This document shows positions 26,493 through 36,286 of a stretch of DNA of 64,000 nt, piece after piece (the stretch's first letter is position 1; the number at the start of each line of letters is the position of its first letter). Origin of the DNA: Selaginella moellendorffii. Taxonomy: Eukaryota > Plantae > Lycopodiophyta. A program made the translations under genes and the position numbers. The stretch lies in assembly GCF_000143415.4 (NCBI RefSeq), contig NW_003314357.1, positions 190,967 to 254,966 on the forward strand. The letters run 5' to 3'. The notes under the pieces are model-generated. The model was not told where the DNA came from, searched no databases, and saw only the letters and a program-made list of their open reading frames with translations.

Positions 26493-27522
26493 GCACCCAC
26501 TTGATTTTCCACTCCCAACTTACATAACCACCCTTGGTTATGCTCTTTGATTCCCATGGTTTGGTTCTATCCCTTTACTACTTGCTTTTGGCTTCACACA
26601 TTTCCTTCAGTTATTCACCTCCAAACTAAGAGGATAGCTTTGCACTTTCTACCATGCCTTAGTAAGTATTCTTGAGGATGAACCTACCTGACAGTCTAGG
26701 GAGTGGTTTCTCAATCTAGGTATGCTCACCTTATAATCCCACACACCAGGATTAACGTTGCTACATATGGGCCTTTATATGCCCATCACTAGCCTTGCCA
26801 AAATTCCATTTTTGGCTTTATCCGATTCGGATAGATGGACTTCTTCTGTCTTTGCAACCTTAGACATTTGGATAGCATTTTCTATCCATCATTCGCTAGG
26901 GACTTAGTCCCTTGGGCCTTATCTATTGCCTTCACGACATCAAACACCACCTCCGGGTGTTCTAAAGTGTTTGGGTGTCCCAATGATGGCCTCTTTGACA
27001 ATGACCATTCCCCTTTTTAACATTGACTTACTATATTGCAACATAAACAATTTATCCCCTATAAGGGTATATTTAACTTACATGTTGAATTTGGTCTTCA
27101 CAGGTATTTTGTTTTGGAGCAAACACTCTTTCCAGTAAAGTCCTTATCTTTTTATTGCTATCTATTTTGTAGGTACCACATTGATCCACATGTTGTAGCT
27201 CTACCACCTTTTCTGGGACATTTCCAACTTCTTGAGGATGTTCATTTGCTCTAGAGCAGCAAGCTTCCTTTGGTGTGTTATTTCTTTGAGGGCTGCAATG
27301 GATCCATTTTACCTCATGTACCAAAAAAAGCATTCCACCTAAGAGTGACATTGATTTTGCATTTCAAACTAAACTATGTGAGCTTCGATGGAGTATGCAG
27401 AAAAGTTGGACAGTGCTGGAGAGGGAATTGATTCTTCCTCAAGATCATTATGCCATCCCTGGTTGATCAGTTTCTCCTAATAATGTTAAGACTAATAATG
27501 TTAGATGGATTTATCTAGTTTC

Positions 27523-27642
27523 TAGTTTAATACATTTAAATTTTCTATATTATTATAAGAAAGTTTTGTTAAATTTGATAACATTCTTTGATACCATCAC
27601 ACTATGCTATAAGGGATACATGTTTGGCATCATCATATTAGA
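27523..27642 (+). repeat. Left inverted repeat of the Fic cassette (partner 31506-31619; copy-2 arms 54437-54556 and 58413-58526)
   Basis: tagtttaatac..ttttctatattatta..aagaaagttttgttaaatttgataacattctttgata..tgctataag..acatgtt..atattaga matches the reverse complement of 31506-31619. Confidence 0.85.
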
Positions 27643-27879
27643 AAAATCCCCTCCTAAGACGTCCCTCAGGCTCTGGCCTTTTCTCCTGAGCATTTGCAAT
27701 GAGCTGCAAGCAATTAACATTTCTAAATATATAGTGAGTAGTATATAGTTTTATATATACAACATGACAAGGGGATCACGAGCCGAATATTCTTTGCGCA
27801 CCAAGTCCCGTTACGCGTTCGATTCCTGCGGGTGTCCCTTTCTGGGGTTTAATTTCTCTCTCTTGTTCTTGTTCGGGGT

Positions 27880-28375
27880 GGATGAGGATCGCTGGAGGCG
27901 AGAATGTGAAGCTCTTCGATGTCGCCAGGGTTGCGCTGGTGGAATCACGCGAGTAAGATCTGCCTGCATTGCGCGACGATATGTCGTTGTTTTCCTTTCC
28001 TTCCAGAGATCGTCAAGCTTCTAGGATCTGTGCGGCAGGCATCCTCGAGACGTTTCGTTTAGCTCAAAGTCGTGGAGAGATCGTCGTTGGAATCTGGGGC
28101 ATGCAAAGCTCCAGGGATGATCACGCAAAGACGAGCACCTCCTTCGATCAGGTAAAGCTTTCCTCCCTTTGTTCCTGGTCACGTAGTGAGCTTTTGCCAT
28201 GCTTCCTCATAGAGTTTTTGTTCGGCCGAGCAGAAAGCTTGACGATGGATCGGTGCATCTAGTACTGGAGGCAGTCCAAAGGTATGTTTGGGTCGCTCGC
28301 TTTCTTCATTGACACGCGGCCGAGGAAGGCAGGTGGTCTTTCCAGGAAAAAATAGAGCTGGAAAGCGAGCTCGAG
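27880..28375 (+). pseudogene. Spliced gene fragment of unknown identity, convergent with the Fic-A 3' end
   Basis: Series of gtaag/gtaaag/gtatg donors and pyrimidine-rich ag acceptors spaced like the short introns elsewhere in the window. No consistent long reading frame recovered. Confidence 0.3.
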
Positions 28376-28410
28376 CAACCTCTCGAGGGCGAGAGGTAAG
28401 TATGAGGTCG

Positions 28411-29331
28411 CTACAACTTGAGGCCCTGCCACGACTCGAGGGCCACAAAGAACCTCTGCCAACCGAAGTAGACCCCCTCTATGATGAGAGCAGTCAGGTC
28501 CCTGGGCTCGTGGTCATCCTCGCGAGCACTCTCGAAGCACTTGAGGTAGACATCCCGGTCTACAAACTCGTGCTGGCGGCCAGCGCCAGCAGCGAACAAG
28601 ACATTGGGGAACACAGCCACGCTGCGAAGCAAGTAGGCCAGCATCATCCTCCCGCATCGCCCATTCCCATCCACAAACGGATGGATGCACTCAAACTTGT
28701 AGAAGAAGTCCGAGGCCAGCACCAGGAGCTGCTCCACCGTCTTGCAGCTCCTTGTCGTCGCCTCCTCCTCAAAGAGCCGCTCCACATCCGCGTTAGTCTT
28801 GCTCACCAACTTGGACAACTTGGGCCGGATTGCCCAGGCATCCGCGTAGAAGTGCTGCCTTCCGCTGCTCGTGATCGTCATTGCAACCTCGCTGCCGGAA
28901 CGAAACAAGCCTGCGATCTCCGGCCTGCTCGGCTCCATAAGAAGCTCGTGTGACTGCCTGAGCTTGTAGTTGTTGACGCTGGGAGCCTCCTCGGCCTTCT
29001 CCTCCTGGAGCCACCATGCGTTGAATGCTCGGGACAGGCAGCGGACTTGTTCCAATCTCTCGTCTGGAGCCACCACTTCGTGGAGCTGCTCCAGGGCGTG
29101 GAGTGTTTGGTCCCGGGTATCAAAGCCTTCCAGCTCCAGCTTGTTCACCTGGAAGAGGAAGTCGGCCATAGCGTCGCGCTGCCCGTACACGTCCAGCGCC
29201 CATGCTTTGGCATCGCCGTCCAGGGCCTGGAACCTCTTCACGTACCCACAAATGGCGTCCACCATGCTGCTCGTCGCCGGGGCTCCGTCGCCATCGCACC
29301 TCCAGAAGGGCCTCTCCGCGTATCGCCCCAT
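28411..29331 (-). CDS. Fic/Fido-domain protein (Fic-A), intronless, 306 aa
   Basis: Canonical motif HPFVDGNGRCGR; upstream Fic elements LRQSHELLME..AGLFR; N-terminal FLFQVNKLELEG resembles the inhibitory helix. TATA-like TATAAAA ~35-41 bp upstream of the ATG (29366-29372). Confidence 0.92.
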   Translation of the reverse strand: MGRYAERPFWRCDGDGAPATSSMVDAICGYVKRFQALDGDAKAWALDVYGQRDAMADFLFQVNKLELEGFDTRDQTLHALEQLHEVVAPDERLEQVRCLSRAFNAWWLQEEKAEEAPSVNNYKLRQSHELLMEPSRPEIAGLFRSGSEVAMTITSSGRQHFYADAWAIRPKLSKLVSKTNADVERLFEEEATTRSCKTVEQLLVLASDFFYKFECIHPFVDGNGRCGRMMLAYLLRSVAVFPNVLFAAGAGRQHEFVDRDVYLKCFESAREDDHEPRDLTALIIEGVYFGWQRFFVALESWQGLKL

Positions 29332-29828
29332 CTATATGCCCTAGCCTCAACCCAGAAGGGCCCCCTTTTATACAGCCAAGGTTTGAAAAGGGGTACATTT
29401 GAATTTCCCGGGCTTTGACACGCGGCACGCGATAATTGGCTGTCGGCGCAAGCTCATTCTTCAGGGCTTGGCGAGGCGACGGCGTGAGCGCGATGGCGAT
29501 GGCGATGGCGATGGCGCTGGCGGGGTGAACGATTGATCCAGCGCCAGCGCAGGGTAGGCGCTTCGGTCGATCACAACGAAATTTCATAGTTTCTTGCTCT
29601 AGATCGCTCCCTGTTAGCTGGATCGGGCCGGCTCAGCGTCAGCGATCGATTTCTCCTCTCGCCCCGGGTGTGTAGCGCTCAGCTACCTTTTCTTGCTGCA
29701 GAGCTAGGATCCAAGAGCAACTCGCGGCCTGTGTAGGTATGGAGATCGATATTGCCATATTTCCAACGATTCCATGAAATGCACCTTCCTAGGGTCACAG
29801 GACTTGTGAATTTCTCTCGGCTGGTATC

Positions 29829-30656
29829 ATGGATGGGCGGCGCGCGGCTCTGAATCTCGTCCGAAGTGCTGGTATGCATTTCGATCTCTCAACCTCGTAT
29901 AGTGTTTGCTTATATTGCAGTGAGGAAACCAAGGGGAAAAGCTGGCAAGGAGAAGGAGCCAGAACCACTGCTTACACCGTCCAACCACGCAGGCTTCTGG
30001 TATGTCTTATGTCGCAGCTCTCTCCACGTACTTATCCAATCTACTCCAGGTTTGAGGCCTTCTGGGACACCCAAGCTATCAAAGTTGCTACGTCCCATGG
30101 CTTGGACGATCCTGCTCGATCCGCAGGGCTCTTGAGAGGTCTTGCCGTCATCAGGTCCTGGCCGGAGAGCTCACCCATCACGACCCTGCAGCTGTTACAA
30201 CTGCACGAAGCTTTACAGCTGACACCGGTCTCGGCATTCCGCAGTTATGGTGCCATGTCCTCTGCTGGAAAGAGTTACGCACATCCCCGAGACATCCAGG
30301 TCAAGATGCGGAAGTTCCTGGACCGTCTCAATGCAAGCATCGCGGAGCACAGCAAGAGCAAGATGAGCATCGCCAAATGGGCCTCCACGGTCGCAAGGCT
30401 CATCATCGACTTCGAGAAGATCCATCCGTTTGAAGATGGTAATGGGCGTGTTGGACGCCTGCTTGCGCTGCACCTGCTGCGTCGCATTTCAGCCTTCCCA
30501 GCGGCCTTCTTCACTGCAGCTGAGCACGGATCCCGGGACAGGTTCATCACTGCTTTCGAGGAGGATGACGAAGACGAGCTGGCAAAGATTCTACTCGGCA
30601 GCCTCCAGGGAACAGACGCTGCGTGGAGAGAGTTCCTTAAATCGAAGCTCCAGTGA
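29829..30656 (+). CDS. Fic/Fido-domain protein (Fic-B): 275 aa unspliced, ~242 aa if two short introns (29872-29920, 30000-30049) are removed
   Basis: Canonical motif HPFEDGNGRVGR; LLQLHEAL..SAFR; the GT-AG introns of 49 and 50 bp keep the frame when both are spliced. Confidence 0.9.
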   Translation: MDGRRAALNLVRSAGMHFDLSTSYSVCLYCSEETKGKSWQGEGARTTAYTVQPRRLLVCLMSQLSPRTYPIYSRFEAFWDTQAIKVATSHGLDDPARSAGLLRGLAVIRSWPESSPITTLQLLQLHEALQLTPVSAFRSYGAMSSAGKSYAHPRDIQVKMRKFLDRLNASIAEHSKSKMSIAKWASTVARLIIDFEKIHPFEDGNGRVGRLLALHLLRRISAFPAAFFTAAEHGSRDRFITAFEEDDEDELAKILLGSLQGTDAAWREFLKSKLQ

Positions 30657-31505
30657 TCTCGAACAGGAAGACAGGGGAAAGTTTGTCCTGGTATTTTTTT
30701 TCTTTTCTACTTCTTTACATGACTACGCTAGAACTTCTGCATTGTCCAATAAAAAGCTGTGAACCAAGACAACTCAAAAACTTTCCTTGAGCACAACTAT
30801 CCATGGCATGCTCCAGTGAAAACTAGCAATGGATGCTTTCGTGAGGACAGATCCCCTTCGTTTACAGCTTTGCTATAAGATGGGGCTTACCTGACTAACG
30901 TGTCATGCATGAATATTTGCTGGACGAGCTCGTCTATGGAATCGCTCTCGCCTTTTCGCTGCCTGTCTGACAGTGGCTTACCAGCCTTGCCTTGCTCACC
31001 ACTATCTCCGGAAATCCAAGTCTAAACGGGCCGCAGGTGACACATCTCAAACTTGGCTCCCTGCTCTTGAGGTTAGCCTTTATCGACTTACTAATGTTCG
31101 ATCGACCTTCGCTCCAAGCCACTGTTCTCGCATCAGACCATCCAACATAGATAGAAAAGTCCTCCCATGCTCATCTCATGGCCATCTTGGAAACCTGGAA
31201 GTTGGCTCGGGCTTTTGGAGCCACCACGGAAGCTGTAAACTCTGGGTTGGGCTGGGGGCTACGTAAGCGTTGGTGACCAGCACCAACACTTAGCACATGG
31301 TAAGCAGCACCAACCTTTTTGCTTGGAAACCACAGGCACAAACCCCGGTGGTGACGATCGTCCGGACTGGAATTGCCCTCCTTTCAATTGCGTAGTACTC
31401 CATCACGTAGAGAAGGGGGTAGTGATGGCTTATATCAATTGTTTTGTCCCTGAAGAAAAGACATAGACTCGATGATTGACGGGCATGGATTTCTTGGCAA
31501 GGAGC

Positions 31506-31619
31506 TCTAATATATCCTAACATGTGTCTCTTATAGCATATCAAAGAATGTTATCAAATTTAACAAAACTTTCTTAGACAGAAAATTAATAATATAGAAA
31601 ATATAATTGTATTAAACTA
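31506..31619 (-). repeat. Right inverted repeat of the Fic cassette
   Basis: Reverse complement of 27523-27642. A third related copy, in the left-arm orientation, lies at ~31757-31855. Confidence 0.85.
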
Positions 31620-33959
31620 TAATTTTTAAATTAACATCCAGTGAAACTGAAACTCGTATACTCATATGTTAAATGTAAAAGCCAATACTTATTCTAGGCA
31701 CATGCTTAAGATCTAACAGCTGAGAACTAATTATAATTGCCTTAATACAATAGATTGCTCTATATTATTATTCTTATCTAATATTGTTTTTTTTTAAATT
31801 CGATAACATTCTTTGATACTATCACGTTATGCTATAAAAGACATATGTTAAAATATATTTATAAGAAAACTAAATTTTATTTTTTATAGTAATTGCAATA
31901 GATGTTGTTTATTTATGTTTTATAATTTTTATATTAAGATATTTAACATATCACTTTAAAAAAATTAGTTTGTTTTTATTTGTTTTCATTTGAGGTGATT
32001 GGTATATATCTTTGATAAGTCCATTACAAATTATGATTATAATGTGGTGTATCAACTTACTTATAAATAAATAAATCTAACGTATGCTATGAGTGTCAAA
32101 TGTCTTTAATTTTGTTAAACATTTCTTTGCTATTAATTATGGGTCATATTTTATTTTTATAAATTATTTTCTAATTAGAACTTATTCTTTTAGTTATAAA
32201 GTTTAAAATTCTTAGATTTTGTACGCTCTAAGTTTTAACTATAAAAACAACTATATGATCTAGGAATGTTTCATGTTCTTACAACTTGGCTTGACTTGTG
32301 ATTTATTAATAATATTATTAAATAAAGGTAGATGTTGGACACCAATTTTTTAAAAAGTATTTTAAATAAACTGTTAAAAATTTTATATTTAATATTAATA
32401 TTTTAAATGGAGCTGGATTCTCTTGCTAGTGCTTATATATTTAAATGAATAAGCTGGTTTCATAATGTCAAATGCTAGGAACTAAGCATATGCCAAAATC
32501 TACTGGTTGAGATTAACAAGCCTTAAAAGAATTTGAAATGTCTTTTAGAGCAGGGAGGAAACTGTGGCAGTATCTAAGAAGAGCTATGAATATTCTTCAA
32601 CACCTGAATTATGAAGTTTGAGATGTCTGTGTCACTCGTCTCACTGATGGCCAGTTGGGAGTCATGATCACTGCTGCTATTACCTCAGGTACCTTTATCA
32701 AATTGGAAATGGTGCTGCAGAGGAAGACCACCAAGAAAGGAAATGTTACAGCAGCCACCAAGGACTAGTGATTCATCATTAAAGAAATGGATACCATAAA
32801 AATTTAAGGATATCTATGTAGGGTCATGCTACTTTGCTCTTGAGTGTGCAGGAGTGGAAAACAGGAAAAAAAAACCACACTTAAGACTTTATATTTAGGA
32901 TTTTCTCTCAGGCTTTTGGAGTCAGGAAATTACATGAGTGCACAGAATAATTAGTGACCACGCATGTAGGATATAAAAGGGGGAACTTAGGATATCCTTC
33001 CCATCCCACTTTGTACTTTGTTTTACACATAATTGCATCTCTACTTATTCCACTCATTGTGCAAAGCCTAATCGGCAACCTTCCTTTAGGATATCCAAAG
33101 TCATATTTCTTTTTACTTGTTTGTGTTTATAAGTTAAATCACAACATAAGAAACCCCATTGGCCCCCTTAAAGTAGTCTTTTGATAAACTATAAAAGTAT
33201 ATTATATATAATGTATTCTCATCTCGGTCATATACTATACATATTTGAATTACAAACAAACACTACTTTTTAGTATTAAATAATTATGAAATATTTACTA
33301 AAATATAAATAAATAAGAAGCTCAATTTCCATCTTAGAAATCTGCATTACTAGAGCAGAATAGCCTGATCTTTCCAATTGATTCACTCGTGTCGTGGAAT
33401 GCATTGCTGGTGGGGTATGTGCAAGTAGGGAGTGTGGAGCACATCAATGCATTGTTTGCCACCTTGCCCAAAGCCGACATTGTCACTGGAGCATAGCCAT
33501 GGCCCAACACAAACTCCCTAAACCACACTAGTGATTCATGCTAGCTGCTGCACACCATGGTGTGCCACGGTCTACAACCCAACACTTGCAGCTTCCTGGC
33601 CCTCATAGAGAAGCAACATTAGCAAAGAAGACAATCTCTGAAGTGGCACTTACATCAAAGCTTCTAGTGGCTGTCGCATCAAGCTCACAATCTTGAGCTT
33701 TCATTTGCTCTTGCAATGACTTGTTTCCATCTTGAGGCCTTTCACCAGCTTCTTCATCTAGACAAACAATCACTTTGCTTAGAAAAGAAAAATAAGAGAA
33801 AAGAGAAAAGGGAAACCTCAACCCTTGACATGGTAAGTGTCACCCTGTGCATCTAGCCAATGCATGTTACTATCCAAATTGTGAGGATCAACACCAAAAA
33901 ACCCACTCGCAAACTCCTCCAGTCTGCCACTCCTTGATAAACGCATTTGTGGTTTTTAT

Positions 33960-35005
33960 TTCTATGTATTCTTTTGCCGATGGATCGCTGGGCTTGGGAA
34001 CAGCTCTCTTTCACCAGGTGTCACGTAAATATTAGCTTTTCTGAGGTATTAAAGTTTCTGGCGCAGCACTACGAAGACGATCCAAACAATTTTGGCCTCT
34101 GTGTGGCCGATCTGAGTTGGCTTTCCGAGTCGGTGAGTGCTGCTTCTGAGTTGAAATTACAGGTACTTACATGATCCTTGATCCAATGCTTAATCATGAA
34201 CTTCAGTTAGCAGTACATGCAATTGGTGATGCAGCATACGATGATGTACTTGGAATTTACACTGACGCTATTTCTAAACATCCTCGTCAAGGACATCGAT
34301 TGAGAGTAATGATGAACAAATCTACGTTTGTATCACTGAACTTGTGGGATTGCAGGTAGAGCATGCACAGCACCTTTCACCTGGAGCACACCTCAAATTT
34401 GGGAAGTTCTCCATATCTGTGTCGATGCAAGTAAGCAGATGAGTGCATTTTGCCTCCATTGCAAAACCCTATATTTTTGCACAGCCAGAGAAACTTCTAG
34501 ATGATGCTTACTACGCCATGAAGAAACTTGGTGAGAAGCACTCACGCAGATCTTATAACCTCCGGTCCCTCGTCGGAAACGGTAGTGTGGTTGCTCTAGG
34601 ATCCAACTGGCCTGTAAGCCTGTCAAATACTTTTTCTTCGGCATTACGTGAATGGTTTGTCTCAAGGTGGTAGCAGTGAATCCAGTTGGAGGGATCCGCA
34701 CAGCTGTGGAGAGAACACCTTCAGGCTGGAGTCATCCCTGGATTCCCGAGGAAAGGATTTCTGCATAGGACGCAGTGGTAGGGTAAGAGAAAACAGATGA
34801 GAAGCTGAAATGCAGTCCTTGTTTTTGGATTCACACGTACACATCCTCGGCTGTGTATGCAGCTGCATTGGAGGATTTGGTTGGGTCGCTGATGCCAGGA
34901 AAGTTTGCCGACTTTGTGGTGTTGCCCGAGTCTCCTTTTGGACAGGGCACGGGCATTTTTCCTCGAGTGGTTACGTTCGTTGGTGGAAATATTGCCTTCC
35001 TTTCT
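33960..35005 (+). pseudogene. LAF3/YtcJ-like amidohydrolase, 3' exons only
   Basis: Spliced exons give FADGSLG..TALF / YEDDPNNFGL / LAVHAIGDAA..HRLR / VEHAQH..SMQ / PE.LLDDA..ALGSNWP / VNPVGGIRTAV..WIPEERISA* / YTSSAVYAA..GSLMPGKFADFVVL. Premature stop, GSDWP changed to GSNWP, 5' half absent. Confidence 0.88.
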
Positions 35006-35092
35006 TAAGGCGTTATTCCATAATTATTTGGTCTTTTAAATATAGCATATTTGCGAGAAGATTGGTGAGGAGAAAGCAGCCAGAATCATCAT

Positions 35093-35253
35093 CGTGCTAC
35101 ACAGCTTTACATCCAAGCCTCAAGGACGTCACCAGGCAATACTTTGTGGATTCCAACAAATCCAACTGTAGCACTTATGGCAGAGAACCCGAGCTCGCTC
35201 CCAAGCTATGGACCTTCTCCCAGGAGCTTATAGACAAGCATTCTCCGTCCTAA
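35093..35253 (+). pseudogene. Last-exon fragment of a short-chain dehydrogenase/reductase (TIC32/retinol-dehydrogenase-like)
   Basis: CYTALHPSLKDVTRQYFVDSN..ELAPKLWTFSQELI matches the typical SDR C-terminus (GAATTCYxALHP..GxYFxDxN..LAxKLWxFS). Confidence 0.8.
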
Positions 35254-35387
35254 AGGTAAAAGGTTGATGGTGCTAGAGACCGAGAGAGCAACAAGGCCTT
35301 CTATGCGTTTGAGCACATAGAGGTAGCTTTGCGTTTGAGATATAGAAAGTATGGATCGATTGTTTGATGATTATTTGATCCTCACAG

Positions 35388-35558
35388 GCTGGAGGAGTTT
35401 GCCTCAACGATTTGCCAAGCATGCGCATTGGTAGGCAGCCATATGGTGGGATCAAAGACTCTGGAATCCAACAAGAGGGTGTCAAGTACGCAATGGACAA
35501 CATGCTCGAAACCAAAGTTTTAGTCATGCGCAATGTAGGCAACACGTCTTACTTTTGA
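35388..35558 (+). pseudogene. Aldehyde dehydrogenase (ALDH21-like) terminal exon fragment
   Basis: cag|AGGVCLNDLPSMRIGRQPYGGIKDSGIQQEGVKYAMDNMLETKVLVMRNVG; ALDH C-terminal PYGGxKxSG motif. The subfamily call is from memory of moss ALDH21. Confidence 0.8.
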
Positions 35559-35619
35559 TCAAGCTCGAGCTCGAGCTTTTGTACAGTCTATCCACAAATT
35601 ATTGCCGAGTTGTCCTCGT

Positions 35620-36286
35620 ACGCGTAAAGACGCCAGCTTGGAGACCGTAATGCGTGTTGTTAGCTTCCTTCACGGCTTCCTTGAAATCACCACCGTTTTA
35701 GTTTAGAGAAAAAAAAAAAAGGAAGTAAAGAAGAACTTCGGGAGCTAAGAAACTTTAAGAGCTTACTTGTATGAGTAGAGAAGGATCACGAGACCAAAAA
35801 TCTCTCCCTTCCTTGCATCCGTGTCAAAGGGAGTGTCTTCCAGGATCATTGGCTCCATGAAAGCTCCCCTATGCTTACCACCAACTAGAAGTTTGGCGGC
35901 AGCCTTCACTGCCTTGTTCACGCCCTTCTCCACTGTAGCTGCTGACGACTCAGATATCATGGGCCCAATGGACGTGTCGTCTTGGGAAGGATCTCCACCT
36001 TTGAGTTTCTTAACAGCAGTGATCAATGCGTCCTTCACCTACACAACCAGCACCAGATATGTTAGATCAAGGCTCAATTTGAGAACAAAGAATGTGATAG
36101 AATTTAAAGACAAGTGTCGGATACCTCCTTGTAAAGGCCACCTCTCACATAAAGACGCTGCATGTGAATGCACGACTGGCCGCTTTGATAGAATCCCCTG
36201 TGGACCAACCTAGCGATTGTACCTTCCAAGTCTGGGACAAGATCTTCCACTATGCATGGAGCATTGCCTCCCAGCTCCATAACCAC
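35620..36286 (-). pseudogene. Aldehyde dehydrogenase internal three-exon fragment, opposite strand to its terminal exon
   Basis: MELGGNAP (catalytic Glu), FYQSGQSCI (catalytic Cys), EIFG, ANNTHYGLQAGVFT. Exons 36286-36125, 36038-35767 and ~35692-35620. Confidence 0.88.

Larger units (their letters stand above)
17988..27075 (-). mobile_element. Family A internal fragment, copy 3 (17988-19026 + 26493-27075), split by element B
   Basis: Collinear with 8278-9910. The sequence ..actcgagcacc|cacttgattttcc.. is contiguous at 9316-9340 but interrupted here by element B. Confidence 0.85.
27080..32345 (+). repeat. Direct segmental duplication, copy 1 (partner 53009-59218)
   Basis: Near-identical sequence and ORF track at an offset of ~26.9 kb. 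Copy 1 lacks ~1 kb (53408-54400). Copy 2 has a 7-bp deletion at 55460. Confidence 0.95.

Noticed and set aside
28288-29587. Overlapping and antisense ORFs over Fic-A (221, 124, 123 and 155 aa)
   Set aside because: Shadow frames of a GC-rich coding sequence with no recognisable motifs.
27643-31505. Fic cassette as bacterial contamination or prophage
   Set aside because: Contiguous with plant repeats in two places, contains spliceosomal-type introns and a TATA box, and has no operon-like neighbours.
33380-33600. Cys-rich minus-strand fragment faintly like an X8 domain (CWVV..CG..C..TCTYP)
   Set aside because: Needs several frameshifts and stops to assemble; too weak to call without a profile search.
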